From NCBI GenBank assembly GCA_032718475.1, contig JAUCBJ010007617.1, positions 1 to 48,975 on the forward strand: 48,975 bases of DNA, in the 5' to 3' direction. Within the stretch, counting starts at the first letter, position 1. Each line of letters begins with the position of its first letter. This document shows positions 12,157-24,562 of the stretch, piece by piece. The notes below the pieces were generated by a model, which saw nothing but the letters and a program-made list of their open reading frames with translations, did no database searches and was not told the DNA's origin. This stretch comes from Nemertoderma westbladi. Lineage: Eukaryota > Animalia > Xenacoelomorpha. Made by a program: the position numbers and the translations under genes.

Positions 12157-12528
12157 CATGATAACAATTTACATCTTTCTGTATCTATTTTACTTTTTTT
12201 TAAGTGCCGAATTTTAAACTCAAAGACACAGGGGTCTAAATTCGATTATTTATTAAAATCTCTGGTTTCCATTTAAACCTGTGATATTTAATCTCCCGAC
12301 CTTAATGTCTTCCTGAATAAGAACTTTATTGTAAATCATAACTGCTGAATAAACATTCAAACATAGACATTCAAAATAAAGATTCTACACATGTTATTTG
12401 TTTATTTAATTTATTCCAAAATTGTAGCATTACTCAACGCTACAGCGAGTTGTTATTTAGCATTTTACAACCTTAGAGGACATTAAGCATTGTATTGGCT
12501 TGTACAATTAGTATCGTAGTTGGTGTTT

Positions 12529-12621
12529 TTGTTTACGTGGTAACCCATGACGGCGTTAAGTAATGTCCAGGTCCACTACGGGGACATTACTTAACGCCGT
12601 CATTGGATGCCACCTAAACAA
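12529..12621. repeat. Short foldback palindrome (MITE-like)
   Basis: ~40-bp arms TTGTTTA(C/G)GTGG...ATGACGGCGTTAAGTAATGTCC and its reverse complement with a ~13-nt spacer. Confidence 0.85.
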
Positions 12622-12890
12622 TAGGTGGAAATTTGCCTGACAGCCAGATAGGCCTACTGCAATACCTACCGGTAGGCGGGGTATAGCTATTATTAACCAG
12701 TAGGGCCTAGCTATATTATTATAACATATGGCTCCAAACGCCGCGATAAATATAAGCTAACTTATTTATAACATAATTTATGTCATTTTTACATTTATTT
12801 ATACATCAACAAATATAATTTGTGCAGTTTCTATCACTTATTATGTATATACAATCATTTCGTAATGTTAAAATTTTGGAATAAAATTAC

Positions 12891-13030
12891 ATACATACTT
12901 GTTGCAAAGTACTTTACAGTGTTCTGATCCTCGTGGCTTTATTTTCACTCACTCACTAACGTTCGTTCGTGTAACAAAGCCACTCGGATCATCATACACT
13001 GTAAAGTGCTACTTTACACACAAGTATGTA
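12891..13030. repeat. Imperfect palindromic interspersed repeat
   Basis: TACATACTTG/CAAGTATGTA, ACTTTACAGTG/CACTGTAAAGT, TGATCC/GGATCA, GTGGCTTT/AAAGCCAC nested symmetrically. Confidence 0.75.
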
Positions 13031-13800
13031 AAGAGTTATTATTCAACATTCTATTTATGGTGATGGTGTATTGTAGGATGAATTTCCCGCATAAGAATAT
13101 GTGAGAGAAAAGTTGAGGAGTCAACCGTTGAGAAAATGTGAAGAGAAATAAAGTTTCAAACTTATTATAATGCATTCGCGTTTATTAATACTATTTTGGT
13201 GGAGTGTGATTACAATACGGACTGTTACACTATGTAGCTGCATTTATTACACGTAGAGGCAAACTAACCAATGCGAAGGCGTCTGCGTGACCTTAATTAA
13301 AACTAGTGCATCGATCTATAGTCATTTCTGGGAGCAGGAAGATAGACCAAACAATATTAACCTGTAAACAGGCAACTTCGAAAGCGAAACACGAAATTAA
13401 TTCAAATTTAATTAAAGCTTACTTTGCATTTGACAGGCTAATTGCGGAATTAGTACATATTAATATTATTTAGACGTAGTATTGCGTAGTATTATTATTT
13501 ATAAAAGCTAATTTATTGGAAAGCGCCATTTATGAATTCTTTTGTAACCATATTACTAGGGAAAAAAGTCAATATTAAGTATTGAAACATTGGTTTTAAA
13601 ATAAATCTAGTAAAGAGGTATTTTTGTGAAATAAAAGTTTTAGGGCGCACAGTTACTTTAATAATAAAATACCACAGTAAAATGTAATTAATAAATTACA
13701 GGAATTTAATTAATTTTCATAATGCATAATAATAATAATAATGACATATAACTTGTATATGTCATACAAAAAAGAAACAATACATATTACTTTTTTTATT

Positions 13801-14976
13801 CTACAACACCCCATCATCAGCGTGAATATCTACAATATCAGTCTCTTCGGTAATATTCGCGTCATAAACAGGATTCTTAAAGCCGACGGATTTCCTTTTC
13901 TTTTCCTGCTTATCCCGTTTCTTACCTTCTACTCGATCTACAACGTTATCAACTACATCGTCAGTGACACCCAGATCCACTCCCACAGCCTCATCCATCC
14001 CCGCCATCGGATTCTCGAATGACGACGGTTCCACATCCACGGAGTCCTCCAAGATTTCCGGCTTTTTCTTCACGAAGAAACGAACCGATTTCAAGGCGGA
14101 ACTTGTTTTCTGCTTGATTCCGCGTTTAACAACCGGAGCAGCTACTTCTGGCTTCGGCGCGTCGTCTTCCACAATGTCGTCCTGATCTTCGATAACCGCC
14201 TTCTCGAGACCGGAGATATCAAGAGTCTGCGACTCTCGATCGAGGTGCATACGAACCCTCACGGCAGACACCGCCTGCCTCACCGAACCCTCTAACTTCT
14301 TGGAGGCCCCCCGAGCCGCTGTAGGTAAACCTCGTATATCTACAGTTCTCACTCGCTGCGCGATAGTACTGATGTACTGGACTGGTAGCTGCTTCGGTAT
14401 GCCGTGTTTACGCACGTAATGTACCGCTATGGCGATAAAAACTATGATAATAATGACAGCGATAATTATCATCGCAACGGCTGCGTCAGATAAACCTAGA
14501 GATCCACCTAGTTTGCTGACTACTATTGTTACGTTTTTAACTCCGTAGGATTGTCCTCTTGCTAATAATCCTTTGGATAGGAATTTCCCGATCTCAGCTG
14601 CAGCTGTTCCTTGTTTAGTCCCGTTTTCTTTGTCGATAATTACAATCTGAACAACACTATCGTCACCCATCTTAGAGACACTATGCGCTGTTTTGTCAGA
14701 GTAACTGATACTTTCTCGCATATTTTCTAGAACGTAATTTTTAAACTTTTTCATTTTAAATCCGTTGGTTTCAACATCGACCAATAACATTGCGCCACAC
14801 ATGAGGCAGCAGTGTCCCATTGGTTGGAATGCCTCGTTGCACTGGGGAGCCTCGCAGTGTGGTTTAACGAAGCCGCATATACGAGAATTAGTTTCATTAT
14901 TGTCGTGTCGGCACAGGCACCCCGAAACATCTTGGCATTCTCCGTTATTGTTTGTTACTGTAACTTTGTTGTTTAC
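13801..14976 (-). CDS. AMN: Amnionless exon 3 (VWC-like Cys-rich domain, TM helix, long cytoplasmic tail)
   Basis: TTAG acceptor at 14980-14977; CQDVSGCLC...ICG...CEAPQCNEAFQPMGHCCLMCGA matches AMN Cys pattern; TM AAVAMIIIAVIIIIVFIAIAV; tail motifs FENPM and FKNPVY. Confidence 0.88.
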   Translation of the reverse strand, partial: VNNKVTVTNNNGECQDVSGCLCRHDNNETNSRICGFVKPHCEAPQCNEAFQPMGHCCLMCGAMLLVDVETNGFKMKKFKNYVLENMRESISYSDKTAHSVSKMGDDSVVQIVIIDKENGTKQGTAAAEIGKFLSKGLLARGQSYGVKNVTIVVSKLGGSLGLSDAAVAMIIIAVIIIIVFIAIAVHYVRKHGIPKQLPVQYISTIAQRVRTVDIRGLPTAARGASKKLEGSVRQAVSAVRVRMHLDRESQTLDISGLEKAVIEDQDDIVEDDAPKPEVAAPVVKRGIKQKTSSALKSVRFFVKKKPEILEDSVDVEPSSFENPMAGMDEAVGVDLGVTDDVVDNVVDRVEGKKRDKQEKKRKSVGFKNPVYDANITEETDIVDIHADDGVL

Positions 14977-15384
14977 CTAATAGAGAGGAAATATTTGATA
15001 ACGGAGTTAGAAAATCAGAATTAGAAGTATAACGGGCGGGGCAGTTAGTTGATGGATGGAACTTACAAAATATTATTGCTCTGTTGCGTCTTAATCGCTT
15101 AAAGTTACACATAGCAGAATAATTACAGATTATTTAATACAATATTATTTAGATTATTTATTTAAATTAATTATTTAATACATGCTCGCTATCTCAATAA
15201 TATTGAGATAACGAGCATATATTGTATTTCAGTAAAAAAAAACGAGGATTTCATCAAAACTAACAAAAACTTTCAGTTTAAGTTGCGAAATACATCATTT
15301 TATTGAACCTCTTTAAAATATAAACGGAAGGTAACGAAACCAATATAAGTTTTTAACTTCCCGAATAATCATATAAGTTCTCAC

Positions 15385-15677
15385 CGTGAACTGTAGTTTT
15401 CCTGTATCCTTTTCTATATATTTATTAAAATCACTGGTCGTCATATTTAACCCAGCGATGTTTAATCTTCCGACTTGGATGTTTCCGTTAATGGTGACTT
15501 TGTAACTGGAATCCTCTGGGAATGTAACCGCGTCGTAGTCACATGGTATCTTTTCCGCATCCAAGATTACCTGAGTGGTCTGTCCAGCGTGAACCGCTTC
15601 CCAGTTACGGGGGTCCCACCAATCAGCTGGTTCAACTCTGCTCCATTTGGCCTCACCATCGCTAACACAACTGCTTT
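15385..15677 (-). CDS. AMN: Amnionless exon 2
   Basis: CAG acceptor, GTGAGA donor, phases 1/0 consistent; WWDPRNW...LDAEKIPCDYDAVTFP matches AMN WHDPHLW...VDAERVPCRHDDVFFP. Confidence 0.9.
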
Positions 15678-16237
15678 CTGTTTGTTAGTAAATAAACATT
15701 ATAAATAAATTGGGCCTAATGGTCACCATTTATTTGTCAGTTATATAGTTTGTAGATGATAATTAATGGAGTAGTTATGGAGTTACTAGCTATATTTAAT
15801 CTCAGGAGAATTTTATCCACACTAGCCACCAAAATGTATTTTACATTTTCTCCGCAAAAGTAGAATAATGGAAATATAAGTGAACGTCGAAATATAAACG
15901 CGGAATTCTCTAATTTGATTAAAAAAAACATGATTTGAAAGTGCATCCAAGTACTAATTGGGCAGAATCCATCGACATACTCGTAATTATTACATTAGTG
16001 TCGGTGCGGCGTACAGAAAACAAAATTATTTATAAACTTAAATTAAAATAAATATAAAAATAAATACACATTCTGTATATCTAAAAAATAATAAAAATAA
16101 AAAAAAATAAAATTTTGTTCACTGTGACTACTCTTCAATGAAATACTCATAGGTTGCATTTTGTGAATAATGAAAAGATGATACATTTAAGATTAACTTT
16201 GGTTTTTGTATTTATATATTATAATTAGCAAACTTAC

Positions 16238-16517
16238 GTGATCCAACTGTCTCAGCTGGTGCCTGTATGCCAGCGTTGTCGGCAGCTAACAGAAGTTGCC
16301 CCGTGGCCGGTAGAATAACTTCCGTGGCAGTTAACATGGACGAGACGAACACCGATAAACTCGCATCTACAGGGTATCTCACTGTGTCGGTAGGGCAGGG
16401 CGCATTGTTGGACTCCCAGTTCCCTTTGGTAGACCACTTGGTATCACTGACCCACACCTTGTCTGCAACCGTAGCGTAGCAACTGAACACAATTAAGTAT
16501 AGCCACAGGATATTCAT
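16238..16517 (-). CDS. AMN: Amnionless exon 1 (signal peptide, N-terminal domain); spliced protein ~582 aa
   Basis: Signal peptide MNILWLYLIVFSCYATVA; KVWVSDT...NW...PC...V.YP...SVFV...ILPATGQLLLA matches AMN N-terminus; GTAAGT donor at 16237. Confidence 0.9.
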
Positions 16518-17064
16518 GTTGTGTTCTGGAACAAGTTTGTTTGTTTGAATGTCAGTTTGTTTTTAATTTGAGTATCACAGTTTGAACTACTTGTTCAATT
16601 AATTAATCTTTATAAAACTTTTTGATTTAAACAAAAATAAATAATATATTTCAAATATTTACTCTAAATAATTATTTCCCAAACATTAGTAACATTACCA
16701 CAGTAACCAGGGCGATCTCTGCCTCGGATCCTTAAAACGTAGCTATATAAGTACTAATTTACTCTGGAGAGTATACTTTTTATTTGGATGAAAAATAAGA
16801 GAAAAAAAAGGTACTGAAATCATAGGTAACCATTTTAGCCGAATTTTATATCCCATAACCTCCGATAATTGAGGACAGCTACAGTTCTAAAAGAAACCCC
16901 GCCTGCGGTATTACTAAAACCATTAATGACATCCACACTGCCAGATGCATGTTTAAATTTGTGACACTCAGAGCTCTCTCCCCATCACAGTGAATTAACT
17001 ATACGGTATTTTGTATTCCAGTTGTACAAAAAGTGAATTATCTAACAATTTACTCAACACAGGC

Positions 17065-17096
17065 GTACGAGTACGTACGTACGTACGTACGTACGC
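17065..17096. repeat. (GTAC)n self-complementary microsatellite
   Basis: gtacgagtacgtacgtacgtacgtacgtacg. Confidence 0.9.
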
Positions 17097-18883
17097 GACG
17101 ACTAAAGTAAATCCTAAACAGAATTAAACCAAACAACTGAGACCTACTTTACTAACATAATCACATTATACTGTAGGTCAACTGAGGCGCTGTGTTATTA
17201 CTATGTTACGATGGGATACCTTAATTTAATGATTTCGTTTGAACAAACACTCCTCTCTCATTCACATCAATGTAAATATTGACTTTGAGATAACATTGAT
17301 AACTCTATTTAATTATGTTTCATTTTCTTGATGAATATAATAGTTACCGCCTTGATAAAAAGGAAATATAACTGCCGCTGAATTGGTTAGGCACATTAAT
17401 ATTCTCTATAGAATTCATTTACTCTGCTAGACACCCCCCCCCCCCCCCCCCCCCCAAGATATCTTATCATTAAGTGATTCCCACAAAGGACATCATAAAA
17501 ACAGTCAAATCAAAGTCTTGGAAATTCCAATTATATAATTTAACAAATATTTAGCGCGATTTGATTAGTTAATTGGCAAATATACAGAGCTAAATATAAA
17601 TAGATCAACTAATTAATTATGTGATGTGAAAAGTGCAATACAAAACTAAACTACAATATATATCATGATTTAAATGGGCAAAGGTGAAACAGGTGAATGC
17701 AAATATATACAATTTATATACAATCCACTAAACAATTAATTATCTACAATTCCGAAATACGAAAACTACAAAACTACGTTACACAATGCACACAAAAAAA
17801 ACGAAATTCAAATATTTATTAATATTAAATTATTTTATACAAAATAGAAAATCTAAAACCTGTGCAGTTAATACTACATAGCGAAATATTAAATCGACGC
17901 TCAATAGGAATGCCTAACCTATATCATTATTAATATATTCATTTCATTAAATATTTATTTTCTAAAACAAATATAATATAAAGTATTTCCGATATATATT
18001 ATGTGATTAACCAAAAATGAGTATCGCCCTAGAATGGGAGGTTGGGTATAATAGTTCGCCCGGGCGATCTGTTCTGAGAACATTGATTTCATATGAATAC
18101 GTTTGCAATACAAACAAAACAAAACGCCACTAAATGAGTTTATTTTAAATCGTAAAATGTAAAGAAGAAAATCACACTATAAAACACAGGAAAGTCAATA
18201 AAAATATAAATATCGATAAAAAAAAGCATAAAAATCACTACAAAGATAAACTGTTAATTGATTGATTAATTATGGAAAAACTCTACTGTTAAAAACTACA
18301 AAAGAAGATATTAAAAACGGAATAAAAAGTTATGGAATGATAAATACTTGTGGGAGAGGTAAAAAAATCCCGACCATCAATATATCACTGCTCGTTATAT
18401 ACCGAATGTGCGGTAAGTGTAATTAATTAATTAATTAATATACTGTAGAATAAAGGAAGACAAGTTATAACGCAATATTTTAAAGTTAAATGGTTGATTG
18501 ATAATCCTCTCGAAAGTGGCAATAGTGTACGAGTTATGTCGCAACTTTTTTGTAGTAAAATATCCAAAATTATAATTAAAAAGATAATTTGAGGTTCGAA
18601 TGTATGTTGGTGTAATGCGGGTCGCATAATTGTTAGAATATAAACGACTGAACTGTAAAATTATCTATTAAACGAAAAGTTCGCATGTCTGTCATAATAA
18701 AACAATAAAGGTAACTTACACATTTGGCAGATTCTTCATATCTCAAGTAAAAAATAAAAATAAATTATTTAAATAAATCTATCCGAATATATTTATGTTC
18801 TGTTTACCACCAATAACGGTGTATAGTAAATAGATGAAAACACTAATTTAGCATATAGCTAAATATCTTATATTTAGTGAACC

Positions 18884-21800
18884 GGTAACTGTTCTGTTAG
18901 CTATTATATATATCCAGCTAACTGTTAGCTAATATATCCAGCTAACTAGGACCCATTGGTAACTGTTAGCTAATAAATCCAGCTAACTAGGACCCATTGG
19001 TAACTGTTAGCTAATATATCAAGCTAACTGTTAGCTAATATATCCCGCTAACTGGAACTCATTGGTAACTGTTAGCTAATATATATATATATCCAGCTAA
19101 CTGTTAGCTAATATATATATCCAGCTAACTGTTAGCTAATATATATATCCAGCTAACTGTTAGCTAATATATCCAGCTAACTGGAACCCATTGGTAACTG
19201 TTAGATAATATAACCAGCTAACTGGGACCCATTGGTAACTGTTAGCTAATATATATATCCAGCTAACTGTTAGCTAATATATCCAGCTAACTGGAACCCA
19301 TTTGGTAACTGTTAGCTAATATATCAAGCTAACTGTTAGCTAATATATCAAGCTAACTGTTAGCTAATATTTCCAGCTAACTGGAACCCATTGGTAACTG
19401 TTAGCTAATATAACCAGCTAACTGGGACCCATTGGTAACTGTTAGCTAATATATATATCCAGCTAACTGTTAGCTAATATATCCAGCTAACTGGAACCCA
19501 TTTGGTAACTGTTAGCTAATATATCAAGCTAACTGTTAGCTAATATTTCCAGCTAAGTGGAACCCATTGGTAACTGTTAGCTAATATAACCAGCTAACTG
19601 GGACCCATTGGTAACTGTTAGCTAATATATATATCCAGCTAACTGTTAGCTAATATATCCAGCTAACTGGAACCCATTTGGTAACTGTTAGCTAATATAT
19701 CAAGCTAACTGTTAGCTAATATTTCCGGCTAACTGGAACCCATTGTAACTGTTAGCTAATATAACCAGCTAACTAGGACCCATTGGCAACTATTAGCTAA
19801 TATATATATCCCGCTAACTGTTAGCTAAAATATATATCCAGCTAACTGTTAGCTAATATATCCAGCTAACTGGAACCCATTGGTAACTGTTAGCTAATAT
19901 AACCAGCTAACTGGGACCCATTGGTAACTGTTAGCTAATATATCCAGCTAACTGGAACCCATTTGGTAACTGTTAGCTAATATATCAAGCTAACTGTTAG
20001 CTAATATTTCCAGCTAACTGGAACCCATTGGTAACTGTTAGCTAATATAACCAGCTAACTAGGACCCATTGGCAACTATTAGCTAATATATCCAGCTAAC
20101 TGTTAGCTAATATATATATCCAGCTAACTGTTAGCTAATATATCCAGCTAACTGGGACCCATTGGTAACTGTTAGCTAATATATCAAGCTAAGTGTTAGT
20201 TAATATATCCTGCTAACTAGGACCCATTGGTAACAGTTAGCTAATATATCCAAGCTAACTGGAACCCATTGGTAACAGTTAGCTAATATATCAAGCTAAC
20301 TGGGACCCATTGGTAACTGTTAGCTAATATATCTAGCTAACTGTTAGCTAATATATCCAGCTAACTGGGTCAGAGACCCATTGGTAACTGTTAGCTAATA
20401 TATCCAGCTAACTGGAACCCATTGGTAACTGTTAGCTAATATATCCGGCTAACTGGAACCCATTGGTAACTGTTAGCTAATATATCCAGCTAACCTGGAA
20501 CCCATTGGTAACTGTTAGCTAATATATCCAGCTAACTGGAACCCATTCGCAACTGTTAGCCAGCTAACTTGGACTCATTGGAAACTGTTAGCTAATATAA
20601 CCAGCTAACTGGGACCTATTGGTAACTGTTAGCTAATATATATATCCAGCTAACTGTTAGCTAATATATCCCGCTAACTGGGTCAGAGACCCATTGGTAA
20701 CTGTTAGCTAATATATCCAGCTAACTGGAACCCATTGGTAACTGTTAGCTAATATATCCAGCTAACTGGAACCCATTGGTAACTGTTAGCTAATATATAT
20801 ATCCAGCTAACTGTTAGTTAATATATCCAGCTAACTGGAACCCATTTGGTAACTGTTAGCTAATATATCAAGCTAACTGTTAGCTAATATTTCCAGCTAA
20901 CTGGAACCCATTGGTAACTGTTAGCTAATATATCCAGCTAACTGGAACCCATTGGTAACTGTTAGCTAATATATCCAGCTAACTGGAACCCATTGGTAAC
21001 TGTTAGCTAATATATCCGGCTAACTGGAACCCATTGGTAACTGTTAGCTAATATATCCAGCTAACCTGGAACCCATTGGTAACTGTTAGCTAATATATCC
21101 AGCTAACTGGAACCCATTCGCAACTGTTAGCCAGCTAACTTGGACTCATTGGAAACTGTTAGCTAATATAACCAGCTAACTGGGACCTATTGGTAACTGT
21201 TAGCTAATATATATATCCAGCTAACTGTTAGCTAATATATCCGGCTAACTGGAACCCATTGGTAACTGTTAGCTAATATATCCAGCTAACCTGGAACCCA
21301 TTGGTAACTGTTAGCTAATATATCCAGCTAACTGGAACCCATTCGCAACTGTTAGCCAGCTAACTTGGACTCATTGGAAACTGTTAGCTAATATAACCAG
21401 CTAACTGGGACCTATTGGTAACTGTTAGCTAATATATATATCCAGCTAACTGTTAGCTAATATATCCAGCTAACTGGAACCCATTGGTAACTGTTAGCTA
21501 ATATATCCAGCTAACTGGAACCCATTGGTAACTGTTAGCTAATAGATATATCCAGCTAACTGTTAGTTAATATATCCAGCTAACTGGAACCCATTTGGTA
21601 ACTGTTAGCTAATATATCAAGCTAACTGTTAGCTAATATTTCCAGCTAACTGGAACCCATTGGTAACTGTTAGCTAATATATCCAGCTAACTGGAACCCA
21701 TTGGTAACTGTTAGCTAATATAACCAGCTAACTGGAACCCATTGGTAACTGTTAGCTAATATATATATCCAGCTAACTGTTAGCTAATATATCCAGCTAA

Positions 21801-21973
21801 CTGGAACCCATTTGGTAACTGTTAGCTAATATATCAAGCTAACTGTTAGCTAATATATCCAGCTAACTGGAACTCATTGGTAACTGTTAGCTAATATATC
21901 CAGCTAACTGGGACCCATTGGTAACTGTTAGCTAATATATCCAGCTAACTGGAACCCATTGGTAACTGTTAGC
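18884..21973 (-). repeat. ~3.1 kb tandem array of 41-bp and ~24-bp units derived from the MAGUK 3' coding end
   Basis: Minus-strand unit GCTAACAGTTACCAATGGGTTCCAGTTAGCTGGATATATTA; short unit GCTAACAGTTAGCTGGATATATTA; the first unit (21973-21932) is the end of the CDS. Confidence 0.97.
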
Positions 21974-22879
21974 CAGATCAACCAATGCCAACTCGATTTT
22001 TCTAACCGTCGCATCGATATCCTCATTAACGATGACCATATCGAAGAAACTCTGATAAACGTCGAATATATTCTTGGAATCCGCGATCGTCTTAATAAGT
22101 TCGTTTTCGTCGTAGGAGATCTTCAATGTTCCGTCTGATTGGTTGTTTAGTTGTTCTAGAATAGATTTACTGGGAGCCCCTATGAAGATAACGAAAGGGA
22201 GGAACTCGCTGGTGCGTAGAAGCTTCAAGGCGCGCGGACTGCAGTCGAGCACGCAGGTGGACCCGCTCGCTACGATCTCTCGGACAGCGGCCAACGAGGT
22301 CCCGTACAGATTCCCCTCGAACTCGCCGGACTCGAGGTACTTCCCGGCGCGGATGTCCTCGTCCATGCGCTCGTACGCGTCGTAGACGTAGCGGTCGTCC
22401 GGCCGGCGGGGCCGCGAGGTCGTCGGGACGGGGGTGGCGAAACGCCCGGTCGAGGGGCTCCCGAGGAGACGCGCCTTAATGCGGCGACGTCCGACGCCCT
22501 GCGCGCCGACCAGGGCGAGAACGCGGCGATGGAAGGGCGGCATCCTTCCGACCTCCTCGTAGCAACTCAACTCCAGCCGGTCCAACTCGGTCGAGTTCGA
22601 TATCGAGTATCGAAGTTTCTTTTTGCGACGGAGCGAAACGAGTCCCCCGAGACGCGTCTCGATGGCCGCGTTGGCGTCGCGCGGCACGTAGCTGAGGCGC
22701 TTCTCCTGCAGGGTGAGGCTGGGTATGAGACCCGCTCGTTGGGAGGACCCAGTGGACCCGATGGAGGAGGCGACCGACCCGCAGGCACCCGTAGGTCGGG
22801 TTGGACCCGCCAACCCGTGGGGACCCGCTAACCCAACCAACCGGGCCTGCCACCAATCCGATTTGTCTTTATTTACAAC
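21932..22879 (-). CDS. MAGUK p55 family (MPP2/MPP6, PALS2/varicose-like) exon 3: SH3 end, HOOK, guanylate-kinase domain
   Basis: CAG acceptor 22882-22880; WWQAR, AGLIPS, LVGAQGVGRR, YLESGEFEGNLYGT, LRTSEFLPFVIFI, terminal QWVPVSWIY. Confidence 0.93.
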   Translation of the reverse strand, partial: VVNKDKSDWWQARLVGLAGPHGLAGPTRPTGACGSVASSIGSTGSSQRAGLIPSLTLQEKRLSYVPRDANAAIETRLGGLVSLRRKKKLRYSISNSTELDRLELSCYEEVGRMPPFHRRVLALVGAQGVGRRRIKARLLGSPSTGRFATPVPTTSRPRRPDDRYVYDAYERMDEDIRAGKYLESGEFEGNLYGTSLAAVREIVASGSTCVLDCSPRALKLLRTSEFLPFVIFIGAPSKSILEQLNNQSDGTLKISYDENELIKTIADSKNIFDVYQSFFDMVIVNEDIDATVRKIELALVDLANSYQWVPVSWIY

Positions 22880-23157
22880 CTGCAATACAAATTATTAATT
22901 TCGTTGCACAAAATAAATTAACTAAACTAATACATTATTGTGTTTCTGGATGTCGAGAAAATATCCCATTAACACCGACCCGGATACGTTAATCAGACAG
23001 ACGGTCAGAATGTCCGACAATTCTCATAAAATATACACTAGCAACAAATTCAGAAATGCTAACCAAGAAATAACTCAAAGAACTAGAATTACAGAAACTG
23101 AAAGTTAATTATATTATTGGATTTCTACAGTTAAGCACATTAAGTTCTGCACTAGAG

Positions 23158-23292
23158 TGAATTTCAGTTATTCTGTCCGAGTGGTTGAGTTTTACACGAG
23201 TTGGCAGGTTTTTAGTACGAGCGAAGCGAGTGTTAAAATGCCAACGAGTGGAAAACTCAACACACGAGGGTTGAATTTTAGTTGAATTTCGC
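23158..23292. repeat. Imperfect palindromic repeat with central ACGAGCGAAGCGAGT core
   Basis: GTTGAGTTTT/AAAACTCAAC and GTTGGCA/TGCCAAC arms around the core; in MAGUK intron 2. Confidence 0.65.
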
Positions 23293-23450
23293 TAAATTGA
23301 AAATTAGTGAAAAAAGCTGTGTTTTCCGCTTACTTTTTTTTATCGAATAATAGTCATATATTCTAATTAAGCTAATCTGCCCTTTTATTACTTGTTGCTC
23401 CTATATTTTTACTTTATTTACCGGTATTATATACACACTATTTCCCCCAC

Positions 23451-23719
23451 CTGCAGTATATCCCCGCGGTTGAATCGCATCCCGGCCTCGCGACAAGGGA
23501 TTATGGGGTCCTCTAGCGGCCGGTAATCGAACAGAGCCCGCACGTAGGTCGCAGTGCGTATCGGCTCGTCGACCAACCCCGGAGACACTTTGAGCACGAA
23601 GGTCTCCTGGGCGGCTCGGATCCCGTCCAGTACCACGCTGGGGTCGTCGCCCACCGGGACACCGTCGATCATCTCGATAACGTCACCGGTGTGCAGCAGT
23701 CCGTGGTTGTCAATCATTC
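23451..23719 (-). CDS. MAGUK p55 exon 2: PDZ C-half and SH3 N-half
   Basis: CAG acceptor, GTGGGG donor, phases consistent; GMIDNHGLLHTGDVI, YVRALFDYRP..D..IPCREAGMRFNRGDILQ. Confidence 0.92.
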
Positions 23720-23900
23720 CTGTAATATTTATTAGTAAAGAATATTGTTCCACCTTCCACAATGTTTCACTATTAAACGAAACCTATTCATATTAATTAA
23801 TTTTCTGAGAAATGGGGGGGGGGGGGGGGGGGGGACTGGACGCAAATCACATCTTGGCGAATTAATATCCCGCCTCAATGTTAAATTCTCAATTTAGGGA

Positions 23901-24004
23901 AAGGAGCAGGTTACAGTGGCACGTTATTTTAACCAAAACAATAAACTAAACACAATAGAACAGGTTACAGTTTTATTTTTGAGAGTAATTAGCTGTTATT
24001 TGCG
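23901..24004. repeat. ~105-bp dispersed repeat family member (other copies ~24343-24430, 33802-33905, 34752-34848, partial ~31490-31520)
   Basis: GGAGCAGGTTACAGTGGCACGTTATTTTAACCAAAACAATAAACTAAACACAATAGAACAGGTTACAG is found reverse-complemented at 33836-33905 and diverged at the other sites. Confidence 0.85.
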
Positions 24005-24562
24005 CAGGAGGACCAACAGAGCTACCCCGCTATTAGGCGACATAATAATAAAATAATAAGAAATAACTGTTGTTTCGAAATCGTGACATCGACAGTTCAA
24101 ATTTCTAAGCCGATTCGCCTTAAGTCCATATGGACCTAAATAGGGATGTCCCGGAATCGATATTTTGATTCCGGCCGGAACCGGAACCGGAATTCATAAT
24201 AATAAGTGAATTGTTGTTTTTAGCATTTGGACTAATACCGGTACCTAAAAAACTTTAAATTTTAAACTTTAAACGTTAAACAAAAACCTATGGTTTCGCG
24301 TCATTAGGTACTTTGGTGCAATATCCTGGTGTCTTTAAGGAAAAGGAGCATGTTACAGTGACATGTTATTCGAACCAAAACAATAAACGAGGCCAATAGT
24401 ACATGTTACAGTTTAATTATTGCTGGGAATAAACGGATTTATGGTAAGAAATAGCTTTGCTGTAAATAGAAACAAAACTACTATATTATGCAGCACGTAC
24501 GACGCAGAACTGAACTAACGACCACTCGCAGGACCTGTACGTATTGTAATTAGTCAATGTCC

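Noticed and set aside
18884-21931. CRISPR-like array
   Set aside because: No unique spacers, no cas genes, eukaryotic context; it is a head-to-tail satellite.
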